A stretch of 64,000 nt of DNA from a virus, in the IMG/VR virus record IMGVR_UViG_3300031774_000001; one strand, 5' to 3'. Below are positions 48,868-56,954 of this stretch, piece by piece. Each line of letters opens with the position of its first letter. The first letter of the stretch is position 1. The notes beneath the pieces were generated by a model. That model did not search any database and had not been told where the DNA came from. It worked only from the letters and a program-made list of their open reading frames with translations. A program made the translations under genes and the position numbers.

Positions 48868-49999
48868 AACTGATACAAGAAATGCATTAGAAGCGTTTGG
48901 TGTAGAAACAACAGGTGATGAACTTATTACAAGTAAGGGCAATCTAAAAGGTGTTGTTCAAAACGAAGAAGAATTACAAACTAATATTGATTCAGTTTAT
49001 GAGTATTGGAAGAAAAGAGGTTTTCCTTATTATGCTACAGATAAACAATATAGAGAAGCACAATTTAAAACTTTACAATCAACAGATTTCAAAGGATTAT
49101 TAACGCAAGATAAAGTTATAAAACCGAATCAAACAGGTTTATCTTTAGCTTGGTCGTATATGCCACATAGTTTTGGTATTAGATGTGGTAAAATGAGAAC
49201 TCCTATGGAGATATATGAAAATGAAGAACACTTTAAAAAAGGTATACGTAAGTTATTAACAGGTAGTTTTTTTGGTAAACAATCAGTAGATACTTTAATG
49301 CCTATCGCAAGTAATTTAGAAGGTGAAATAACTGAAATATCTCCTGAATCAAAACATAAATCAGAAAGTGTAATGAGGTCTTTATTAAGAAGATATACAG
49401 GAACTCAATGTGTATCTAATTTTAGACCCACAGCAGCGGCGTGTTTATATTCACACTTTGCCCATCCAGGTGCTATGGTATGGGATATGTCAATGGGATA
49501 TGGTGGACGTATATTAGGTGCAATTATATCAGATATTAATTATGTTGGTACTGATCCAGCAGAATTAACATTTAAAGGACTACAACAAATTAAAGAAGAT
49601 TTTGGTAGAGATAATAGACACTATTTCTTAAACAAGTGTGGTAGTGAAGTATTTGAACCAAAAGAAGATAGTTTAGATTTTGCATTTACAAGTCCACCTT
49701 ATTTCAATTGGGAACAATATGGTGAAGAAGAAGGACAATCATTTAATCAATATAGTGGTAATGAAGAGTGGAACAATGGCTTTTTAAGAAAGACTATACA
49801 AAATGCATATAAAGGATTAAAGAAAGATAAGTATATGGGGTTAAATGTAGCAAACATTAAATCACATAAAACCTTTGAAGATGATACAGTACGAATCGCT
49901 GTAGAAGAAGGATTTACACACACGGATACCTATAAATTACAGTTATCCTCGCAAGAATCTGGTGCAAAATATGAGCCAGTTTTCATATTCAAGAAATAA
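48848..49999 (+). CDS. DNA amino-methyltransferase (m4C or m6A)
   Basis: Motif I WDMSMGYGGR; motif IV FTSPPYF. Confidence 0.82.
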   Translation: MKKLTNKTDTRNALEAFGVETTGDELITSKGNLKGVVQNEEELQTNIDSVYEYWKKRGFPYYATDKQYREAQFKTLQSTDFKGLLTQDKVIKPNQTGLSLAWSYMPHSFGIRCGKMRTPMEIYENEEHFKKGIRKLLTGSFFGKQSVDTLMPIASNLEGEITEISPESKHKSESVMRSLLRRYTGTQCVSNFRPTAAACLYSHFAHPGAMVWDMSMGYGGRILGAIISDINYVGTDPAELTFKGLQQIKEDFGRDNRHYFLNKCGSEVFEPKEDSLDFAFTSPPYFNWEQYGEEEGQSFNQYSGNEEWNNGFLRKTIQNAYKGLKKDKYMGLNVANIKSHKTFEDDTVRIAVEEGFTHTDTYKLQLSSQESGAKYEPVFIFKK

Positions 50000-50019
50000 A
50001 ATCGTCTAAAAGTCGCATA

Positions 50020-50068
50020 AAATAAGGGGAAATTAACACTTGACTTTCAGGTCAATCGGTGTTATTAT
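50020..50068 (+). promoter_or_regulatory. Early sigma70-like promoter with upstream AAATAAGGG element
   Basis: TTGACT(50040-45)-N17-TATTAT(50063-68), TG extended -10. Confidence 0.7.
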
Positions 50069-50079
50069 TATCTTACATT

Positions 50080-52419
50080 ATGAGAAAAAGCACTACAATT
50101 AATTTAGACACAAAAAGTCAATTAGCTAAATTACTTGCAACAGAAAATATAATCATACAACATAACGCTGTATCAACAGCAAGTTTTAACACAAAGACTC
50201 GTGTATTAACTCTTCCTATATTTAAAGAATCACACGGTGATGTTTATGATATGTTAATTGCTCACGAATGTGCTCACGCATTATTTACTCCAGAAGACGG
50301 ATGGAAAAAAATATGTGATGATGATGAGTTAAGAACTTACGTTAATGTATTAGAAGATACTAGAATAGACAAAAAAATTCAAAAGAAATACCCAGGAGTT
50401 GTTAAAAACTATATCAACGGTTTTGATATATTAGAAAAACAAAACTTCTTTGGTATGAATAACAAAGATTTAAATAAAGACCTTATGTTAATTGATAAGA
50501 TTAATTTAAGAAGTAAATCAAGTCAAAGAATTCCATTCATATTTACTCCCGATAACAACAATTGGTTAGCAAAAGTTGACGCCATCAAAACTTTTGCTGA
50601 CGTTGTTAAAGTTGCTAAAGAAATGTTGAATTGGCAGAAAAAACAAGTTGAAGATATAAAGAAATTACCAGATTTTGATGACCACCCATTAATTAAAAAT
50701 TATGATTTATCAGATGAAGACGGAGAAGATCCAGAAGATAGTAAAAAACAAGATGATAAATCAGATGAGAATTCAGATGATAAATCAGATGAGAATTCAG
50801 ATGAACAAGATGAAAAAAATGATAAAAGAGATTCAGAAGAAAAAGGAACAGATAACGATTTAAAAGATAAAGAAAAAGAAGAAAATAAAAAATCACTATC
50901 ACCAACACAACACGCCAAAGGTGCAGGAGGAGACCCTGCTGTTAAAAAACTTAAAGCAATTACAAACGATTTCTTTGAAGAGAAAAAAGAACAGTTGTTA
51001 GATAAAAAAACTTCTTATGTATACGGTACATTACCAACACCAAATTATAATCAAGTTTTAGTATCATATAAAGAATTTTTAAATGATTTCAGAAAACATA
51101 TTAATGACGCAATGAAACAGTATCCATCAGGTACAACTGAATATAGAAGATGGTTATTAGATAAGTTTAAAAAATTTAGAACTGAAAACAAGAAGACAGT
51201 TATGTATCTTGTTAAAGAATTTGAAATGAAAAAAGCTGCTAGTGCTTACAAAAGAGCAAGTACTGATAAAACAGGAATTATTGATCCTTTAAAATTAAAA
51301 AATTACAAATTTAGTGAAGATATATTTAAGAGAATAACTATTGTACCTGACGGTAAAAACCACGGTATGATAATGTTATTAGATTGGTCAGGTAGTATGA
51401 GTGATTGTATTTCTGATACTATTGCTCAATTAATTAACCTAGTTGAATTTGTTAGAAAAGTTAATATACCATTTGAAGTATATTTTTTCACTAGTGAAAG
51501 AGATAAAACAGAAAAAGAAAAACCTTATTGGAAGTATAAACACGGTGACTTTGTTTTTGATGAATTTAAATTAGTAAATTGTGTTAGTCATAGAATGAAA
51601 AAAAATGAATTTGAAGAATCATTATTATACTTATTTCATATGGCAACATCATATGATTATAGATGGAATAGATTCGGTGATGTAGATGAGTATCCAAAAG
51701 GAAATAATTATCAAATGCCAGACAAATATTGGTTAGGAAATACTCCTTTAAATGAAGCATTATTAGTATGTAATTCACTAGTACCAGAATTTTTAAAGAA
51801 ATATAAAGTTGAAAAACTTACTTTTATTACTTTAACTGACGGAGGTGCCAACGGTTTCAGACATAATCAGATAGTACCTATACCAGATAAACCTACTAGA
51901 AGAGTTGATGAATATGATATAGCAGACGCTAAGAAAAAAGGACATAACTATATTAAACAAAGTTGTAGTTATGATTCTAAAATAGTTATTACACATAAGA
52001 ATAGAAAAATAGTTTTAACAGACGGTTGGTACGGTAGTGCTATGACCGAAACATTATTAAATTTAATAAAACAAGATTACGATCCTACAATAATCGGTTT
52101 CTATGTTATGAAGAGAATTAGACGTTGGGATTTAGATAGATTTATCGGTGATTATAAAGATTATGAACACAAAGAAAAATTAAGACTTAAAATACAAAAA
52201 GATTTTAGAGTTGATAACGCTGCTACAGTAAAATCAAACGGATATGATAAGTATTTTTTACTGAACGGTAAGAAAATGAAAGTACAGAATTTTAATCTAC
52301 AAGACGCAACAGTTAAAAAAGGAACTGGTGCTGAGTTAAAGAGAATCTTCGGTAGAAGTATGAAGAATCGACTAGTTTCAAGAGTAGTTTTAAACAAATT
52401 TATAGCGGAGGTCGCTTAA
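50080..52419 (+). CDS. CobT-like VWA-domain protein with N-terminal HExxH motif (ATG 50080 preferred)
   Basis: HECAH, NVLED-x-RI, acidic linker, MIDAS DWSGS, TDG. Confidence 0.85.
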   Translation: MRKSTTINLDTKSQLAKLLATENIIIQHNAVSTASFNTKTRVLTLPIFKESHGDVYDMLIAHECAHALFTPEDGWKKICDDDELRTYVNVLEDTRIDKKIQKKYPGVVKNYINGFDILEKQNFFGMNNKDLNKDLMLIDKINLRSKSSQRIPFIFTPDNNNWLAKVDAIKTFADVVKVAKEMLNWQKKQVEDIKKLPDFDDHPLIKNYDLSDEDGEDPEDSKKQDDKSDENSDDKSDENSDEQDEKNDKRDSEEKGTDNDLKDKEKEENKKSLSPTQHAKGAGGDPAVKKLKAITNDFFEEKKEQLLDKKTSYVYGTLPTPNYNQVLVSYKEFLNDFRKHINDAMKQYPSGTTEYRRWLLDKFKKFRTENKKTVMYLVKEFEMKKAASAYKRASTDKTGIIDPLKLKNYKFSEDIFKRITIVPDGKNHGMIMLLDWSGSMSDCISDTIAQLINLVEFVRKVNIPFEVYFFTSERDKTEKEKPYWKYKHGDFVFDEFKLVNCVSHRMKKNEFEESLLYLFHMATSYDYRWNRFGDVDEYPKGNNYQMPDKYWLGNTPLNEALLVCNSLVPEFLKKYKVEKLTFITLTDGGANGFRHNQIVPIPDKPTRRVDEYDIADAKKKGHNYIKQSCSYDSKIVITHKNRKIVLTDGWYGSAMTETLLNLIKQDYDPTIIGFYVMKRIRRWDLDRFIGDYKDYEHKEKLRLKIQKDFRVDNAATVKSNGYDKYFLLNGKKMKVQNFNLQDATVKKGTGAELKRIFGRSMKNRLVSRVVLNKFIAEVA
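50751..50804 (+). repeat. 24-bp perfect tandem repeat (2.25 copies) encoding DDKSDENS
   Basis: AGATGATAAATCAGATGAGAATTC x2 plus AGATGA. Confidence 0.9.
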
Positions 52420-52438
52420 ATGATGAAAAAAACATTGA

Positions 52439-52487
52439 AAAATAAGGGTATATTTTACTTGACTTTCCTAAAAAAATACCGTATAAT
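52439..52487 (+). promoter_or_regulatory. Early sigma70-like promoter with upstream AAATAAGGG element
   Basis: TTGACT(52459-64)-N17-TATAAT(52482-87). Confidence 0.8.
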
Positions 52488-52499
52488 ATACTAATATAA

Positions 52500-53762
52500 A
52501 TGATGAAAGGACGTGAAAACACTATGTTAAATCAGAAACAAATAGACTTTGTTAAACACGCTAAAAAGCTGTATCCTAACAAAGCTGAGTTAACACTTGC
52601 TGAATTAGTACGTGCCAATAAAGAATTTGGTCATAAGTACGAACCGCAATGGTTAACAAAAGATAAGAACCTAAAAATTGATAGGGGATTATTTAAATTA
52701 CCAAACATAGATGATGACGTTTCAGAAGATACTAAAGAAACTAAAGTATCAAAAACTGAAACCGTTAAAGATAATAAAGTTAATGAAGCAGCTTATATTG
52801 TTTCATCTTTAACAGGCGATATTGTTCCTAAAAAAGATTCAGTATTCGTATCATTTGGTAATTATCCAGACGTAAAATCAATCGTCAAATCCAGAATGTT
52901 TTATCCTGTTTTTATTACAGGACTTTCAGGAAACGGTAAGACTATGGGAGTTACTCAAGCCTGTGCCGAAAACAGACGTGAATTGATTAGAGTCAATATA
53001 ACAATTGAAACAGACGAAGATGACTTGCTCGGCGGTTATAGATTAAGAGAAGGACAAACTGTTTGGCAAAACGGACCTGTTATAGAAGCAATGGAAAGAG
53101 GCGCAATTCTTTTACTTGATGAGATAGACCTTGCAAGTAATAAGATAATGTGTTTACAACCAATTCTTGAAGGTTCAGGAATCTTTGTTAAAAAGATTAA
53201 TAAATTCGTGAAACCTGCCGAAGGATTTAACGTGATTGCTACTGCTAATACTAAAGGACAAGGTAGTGAAGACGGAAAATTTATCGGAACTAACGTGCTT
53301 AACGAAGCATTTTTAGAAAGATTTCCGATTACATTTGAACAGAAATATCCAAGTGTTAAGATAGAAGAAAAAATCTTGATTAAGACTCTTGAAAAAAACG
53401 GTAAAAAAGACCAATCGTTTTGTAAAAAGTTAGTCACTTGGGCAGACGTTATAAGAAAAACTTTCTTTGACGGAGGCGTAGATGAGATTATCTCAACAAG
53501 AAGATTAGTCCACATTGTTCAAGCATTTACTATCTTTAAAGATAAGTTAAAAGCTATTGAAGTATGTACTAATAGATTTGATGAAGATACAAAGAATTCA
53601 TTTGTAGAGTTATACCAAAAAGTTGACGGAGGTGCTACAGCAGATTCAATTGCTGAAGACCAAAGAAAAGCTGAAGTTGCTCAACAATTGAAAGACGAAG
53701 AGAGTGATAAAGAAGAAGATGAGAAAGATGAAACAGATAATGATTCATCTGCTCATATCTAA
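52500..53762 (+). CDS. CobS/MoxR-like AAA+ ATPase (start may be 52524)
   Basis: GLSGNGKT, LLLDEID, TANTKG, NEAFLERF, ISTRRL. Confidence 0.9.
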   Translation: MMKGRENTMLNQKQIDFVKHAKKLYPNKAELTLAELVRANKEFGHKYEPQWLTKDKNLKIDRGLFKLPNIDDDVSEDTKETKVSKTETVKDNKVNEAAYIVSSLTGDIVPKKDSVFVSFGNYPDVKSIVKSRMFYPVFITGLSGNGKTMGVTQACAENRRELIRVNITIETDEDDLLGGYRLREGQTVWQNGPVIEAMERGAILLLDEIDLASNKIMCLQPILEGSGIFVKKINKFVKPAEGFNVIATANTKGQGSEDGKFIGTNVLNEAFLERFPITFEQKYPSVKIEEKILIKTLEKNGKKDQSFCKKLVTWADVIRKTFFDGGVDEIISTRRLVHIVQAFTIFKDKLKAIEVCTNRFDEDTKNSFVELYQKVDGGATADSIAEDQRKAEVAQQLKDEESDKEEDEKDETDNDSSAHI

Positions 53763-53790
53763 TTAGACTCTCAATCATAGTGTAAGTCCT

Positions 53791-53814
53791 GAAGCGGAGG
53801 TAGTGCTCCGCTTC
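53791..53814 (+). terminator. GC-rich hairpin after the AAA+ gene (no U-tract; terminator or stabilising hairpin)
   Basis: GAAGCGGAG-GTAGTG-CTCCGCTTC. Confidence 0.5.
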
Positions 53815-53836
53815 ACTAAAACACTTGAAAGGAACT

Positions 53837-53995
53837 ATGAAAGATTTTTATACAGAATATATGAAAAGTACAACTAAAAGAAATAAATTGGAAAGAAAAT
53901 TAGATGAGTATAATCATACAATGGAATTGATTAGAACGATTGTTCCAATTGTTGTTGTTATATTACAAACAATTATTTTAATTAAGATATGGTAA
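53837..53995 (+). CDS. 52-aa protein with C-terminal hydrophobic segment (not in ORF track)
   Basis: SD AAAGGA; MKDFYTEY...TIVPIVVVILQTIILIKIW. Confidence 0.6.
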   Translation: MKDFYTEYMKSTTKRNKLERKLDEYNHTMELIRTIVPIVVVILQTIILIKIW

Positions 53996-54102
53996 AAAGA
54001 GTAATAAAAAGTACAATTGATTTTACAATCTTTGGTTCTGCTGTATTAGGTGGAACATTAGGTTTTTTAACATTAATTGGATTCATACATTGGACGATAT
54101 GA
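53989..54102 (+). CDS. 37-aa putative membrane peptide (not in ORF track)
   Basis: MVKRVIKSTIDFTIFGSAVLGGTLGFLTLIGFIHWTI; overlaps both neighbours. Confidence 0.5.
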   Translation: MVKRVIKSTIDFTIFGSAVLGGTLGFLTLIGFIHWTI

Positions 54103-54392
54103 TAAAACAAAAAACAAAAGACGTTATAAAAATCTTGGAAGATAATAAACTTACTAATATATATTCACCTGAAGACCAAATAAAAATGCAATTAAATAAA
54201 AAGGTTGAAACATTAGAATCTCAAAAAGAAGAATTAGCACTTGGTATGAAAGAGTCTAGACACCAGGAATATGTTAGAAAAGAAATGAACAAAATTAGAG
54301 CTGAAGGTTGGCAAGAGAATAGTGTATCTGATACACATAAAATTATTAAAGAAGCGGAAAGGAGGGTAAAAGAACGTGGCAATAACAGTTGA
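54099..54392 (+). CDS. Hypothetical coiled-coil protein (ATGA-coupled start 54099)
   Basis: ORF track 54090-54392. Confidence 0.55.
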   Translation: MIKQKTKDVIKILEDNKLTNIYSPEDQIKMQLNKKVETLESQKEELALGMKESRHQEYVRKEMNKIRAEGWQENSVSDTHKIIKEAERRVKERGNNS

Positions 54393-54579
54393 AGTAAGAC
54401 ACGGTAATGTAGAGAAAGCTATGAGAGTACTTAAAAAGAAAGTACTTAAAGCTGGTATATTAAGAGAATATAGAGAAAAGCAATACTACAGAAAACCATC
54501 TGAAATTAAAAGAGAAAAGAAGAAACAAGGTATAAAGAATTATAAAAAGCAACAGAAGCTAAGAGAATTAAGAATGTAG
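54376..54579 (+). CDS. rpsU: Ribosomal protein bS21
   Basis: V-x-V...NVEKAMRVLKKK...G...E...YY-x-KPS-x-x-KR; SD GGAGG, GTG start. Confidence 0.93.
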   Translation: MAITVEVRHGNVEKAMRVLKKKVLKAGILREYREKQYYRKPSEIKREKKKQGIKNYKKQQKLRELRM

Positions 54580-54584
54580 AATTA

Positions 54585-54836
54585 CACGCCTGTGCTTGAA
54601 TAAATATATTATACCAGGCAATTCATAAGTCCTGGGGCGTGGAAGGGTGCCAGTCCTACATATTTTAGATATGAAAACTGGTAGTAGTTTGAGGTCTACT
54701 ATAACAAAACCTCAATGAATTGTAAGTTTTGTAGCAGTTTGGGGAGACTCTAAAAGCTATAGAAGGTCACACTAACGTGGACACTACGATAGATATTTTG
54801 ATGGATTCATACTATTAAAAATAAATCCATCGGCGC
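54585..54836 (+). ncRNA. Candidate structured ncRNA with two pseudoknots (family not identified)
   Basis: At least seven complementary segments in a non-coding, locally GC-richer region (see finding). Confidence 0.55.
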
Positions 54837-54838
54837 TA

Positions 54839-54866
54839 CTTGTATATTGTAGGAAACTACATATAT
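54839..54866 (+). promoter_or_regulatory. Possible RpoH (sigma32)-type promoter for hsp20
   Basis: CTTG-N17-CATATAT versus the alphaproteobacterial consensus CTTG-N17/18-CYTATNT. Confidence 0.45.
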
Positions 54867-54874
54867 AAGTAGTA

Positions 54875-54938
54875 GTGAGTTGCCATTAAGGGACTCATAT
54901 AATTAAAATAACTTTGCTTAATAAAGGAGGTTTATATG
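54875..54938 (+). promoter_or_regulatory. ROSE-like RNA thermometer in the hsp20 leader
   Basis: AACTTT[G]CTT pairs with SD AAGGAGGTT, with a bulged G in UUGCU; upstream hairpin GTGAGT/ACTCAT. Confidence 0.55.
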
Positions 54939-55385
54939 ACCAATAAAGCATTATCTATTTTTAACAGATTAAGACCAGTATCAGTAGGATTTGATTCTAT
55001 CTTTGACCATTTCGGTTCAATGTGGGATGACGATTTTATTAATGATATACAACCGTCTTATCCACCATACAATATAGTTAAGTCTGGTAAGAACACTTAC
55101 GATATTGAAGTTGCATTAGCAGGATTCAATAAAAAAGACATTAACGTTGAGGTTGAGAACGGTATGCTTACCATTGAAACTAAGCAGTCAGAAGACGACA
55201 AAAAAGCTGACGTAGATGGTAAAGTATTACATAAAGGTATATCTAAAAGATACTTCAAAAGGTCTTTCACAATCGCTAATGATGTAAAAGTCAAAGGTGC
55301 AGAATTGAAAGATGGTCTTTTAAAGGTTTCTATGGAGAAGATTGTTCCAGAAGAAATGAAGTTAAAAACAATAGACGTTAAGTAA
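54936..55385 (+). CDS. hsp20: Small heat-shock protein Hsp20 (IbpA-like)
   Basis: YPPYNIVK, IEVALAGF, LHKGIS-x-R-x-F-x-R-x-F, A-x-LKDGLL. Confidence 0.95.
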   Translation: MTNKALSIFNRLRPVSVGFDSIFDHFGSMWDDDFINDIQPSYPPYNIVKSGKNTYDIEVALAGFNKKDINVEVENGMLTIETKQSEDDKKADVDGKVLHKGISKRYFKRSFTIANDVKVKGAELKDGLLKVSMEKIVPEEMKLKTIDVK

Positions 55386-55395
55386 TAACGTATAG

Positions 55396-55427
55396 ATAGT
55401 GGCGGGGAAACTCGCCGCTATTTTTTT
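55396..55427 (+). terminator. Rho-independent terminator after hsp20
   Basis: ATAGTGGCGGG-GAAA-CTCGCCGCTAT followed by T run. Confidence 0.9.
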
Positions 55428-55436
55428 GGCCTAGCA

Positions 55437-55465
55437 TTGACTTATAAATAGATATAGTATATAAT
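55437..55465 (+). promoter_or_regulatory. Sigma70 promoter with a late promoter embedded in its spacer
   Basis: TTGACT-N17-TATAAT; spacer begins TATAAATA (55443-55450). Confidence 0.7.
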
Positions 55466-55477
55466 ATAAAGGAAATT

Positions 55478-55669
55478 ATGAATAAAATATTAATAGTGTT
55501 AATAAGTTTGATTCTTGTCAGTTGTGTACAAAATCCTAAACTATCATTTGGTAAGAAATGCGTGGAAAAAGGTGACCAGGTTCACTTTTCCTATGTGTGG
55601 GTATATGATAAAGAAGCAGGATTACAAGCAGACGAAATAACTTGCGAGCTGATAGACAACCAGGATTGA
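55478..55669 (+). CDS. Small predicted lipoprotein
   Basis: MNK, hydrophobic stretch, lipobox-like LVSC; two further Cys. Confidence 0.65.
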   Translation: MNKILIVLISLILVSCVQNPKLSFGKKCVEKGDQVHFSYVWVYDKEAGLQADEITCELIDNQD

Positions 55670-55694
55670 CATTTTAAACAAAATATTATATTAT
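55666..55694 (+). promoter_or_regulatory. Sigma70-like promoter for peroxiredoxin
   Basis: TTGACA-N17-TATTAT. Confidence 0.7.
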
Positions 55695-55702
55695 GAGTCA
55701 TT

Positions 55703-56242
55703 ATGAGTAAATTAGATTATTGGCACGTGCCAAATGTTACATTTAAAACAAGAGAAGGTGACGAGTTAGTTGACGGCGGATGTTCTTTTGAAGATGGTAA
55801 ATGGGTAGATAGAACTACTGATTATTATTTCAAAGGAAAGAAAGTTGTTATATTCTCTTTACCTGGTGCATTTACACCAACTTGTTCAGCAAAACAATTA
55901 CCAGAATACGAAAAAAGATTCCAAGAGTTTAAAGATAAAGGCATAGATGAGATTTATTGTATATCAGTAAATGATACTTATGTTATGAATGCTTGGTTTG
56001 CTGACTGGAAAATTAAGAACGTTAAACCTATTGCAGACGGAAACGGACACTTTACTAGACGTTTAGGTATGTTGATTAACAAAACTGATAAAGGTTTTGG
56101 TATGAGGTCTTGGAGATATGCCGCTGTAGTTAACGATTTAAAAGTTGAACAATGGTTTGAAGAACCTGGAATCAATGATAATGGAAGTGATGATGATCCA
56201 TATGGACAATCTTCTCCTTCTAACGTTTTAAATAATTTATAA
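55703..56242 (+). CDS. Peroxiredoxin (Prx5-like)
   Basis: PGAFTPTCS, SVND-x-YVM-x-AW, RSWRYA. Confidence 0.92.
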   Translation: MSKLDYWHVPNVTFKTREGDELVDGGCSFEDGKWVDRTTDYYFKGKKVVIFSLPGAFTPTCSAKQLPEYEKRFQEFKDKGIDEIYCISVNDTYVMNAWFADWKIKNVKPIADGNGHFTRRLGMLINKTDKGFGMRSWRYAAVVNDLKVEQWFEEPGINDNGSDDDPYGQSSPSNVLNNL

Positions 56243-56265
56243 TGATTAAATAATGAGGAAATGAA

Positions 56266-56931
56266 ATGAACCTATCAAACAATACAGTTGCTATTCTAAA
56301 AAATTTTGCTGATATTAATAAGAACATATTAGTAAAACCAGGAAAGCAATTACAAACGATATCTACTTTAAAGAATATTCTTGCCGAAGCAGATATAGAC
56401 ACAAAATTTGAGCAAGAATTTGCGATATACGATTTACCAGAATTTCTACGAGCAGTTGAGTTATTTAATAAATCAGATATACAATTTAATGGTACTAACA
56501 AGTTGGTTATTAAAGACGCCAATTCAAGACAATCAGTTAAATATTTCTTTGCAGATAAATCAGTAATAGTTGCACCAACTAAAACGATTAATATGCCTGA
56601 TAAGTATGTAACCTTTACATTAAAGAAAACACAATTTGCAGATTTACAAAAAGGTATAGTTACATTAAACTTACCAGACATTGCAGTAAAAGGTGATGGT
56701 AAAAACATTACAATGATTGCAACTGATAAGAAAAATAAATCTTCAAATGATTATTCTGCTGTAGTAGGTGAAACTGATAAAGAGTTTGTAGCATATTTCA
56801 AAGCAGAAAACTTGAAAATAATACCAGATGATTATGATATTGCTATTTCTAAACAAAGAATAAGTCATTTTGTAAATAGAAATAAACCAGTACAATATTG
56901 GATAGCATTAGAACCTGATTCTGAATTTTAA
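56266..56931 (+). CDS. gp45: Sliding clamp gp45
   Basis: LKNFADIN, FAIYDL-x-EFL, YWIALE; synteny. Confidence 0.92.
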   Translation: MNLSNNTVAILKNFADINKNILVKPGKQLQTISTLKNILAEADIDTKFEQEFAIYDLPEFLRAVELFNKSDIQFNGTNKLVIKDANSRQSVKYFFADKSVIVAPTKTINMPDKYVTFTLKKTQFADLQKGIVTLNLPDIAVKGDGKNITMIATDKKNKSSNDYSAVVGETDKEFVAYFKAENLKIIPDDYDIAISKQRISHFVNRNKPVQYWIALEPDSEF

Positions 56932-56954
56932 ATGATGAGTATATTGAGTATATT

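Noticed and set aside
50751-50804. 24-bp tandem repeat as a contingency locus
   Set aside because: It is in frame, has only about two copies and lies in an acidic disordered linker, consistent with ordinary slippage.
50080-53762. CobT/CobS as cobalamin-biosynthesis auxiliary genes
   Set aside because: No cobN or other cob genes are in view. The motifs only support a generic MoxR AAA+/VWA pair, which is common in T4-like phages.
54585-54836. tmRNA, RNase P RNA, tRNA, or HDV/pistol ribozyme identity for the structured region
   Set aside because: No T-arm/CCA end or tag reading frame. AAGTCC...AGGGTGCCAG and ACAAAAC resemble RNase P, but the P4 partner strand is missing. Helix order does not fit HDV or pistol. 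Left unassigned.
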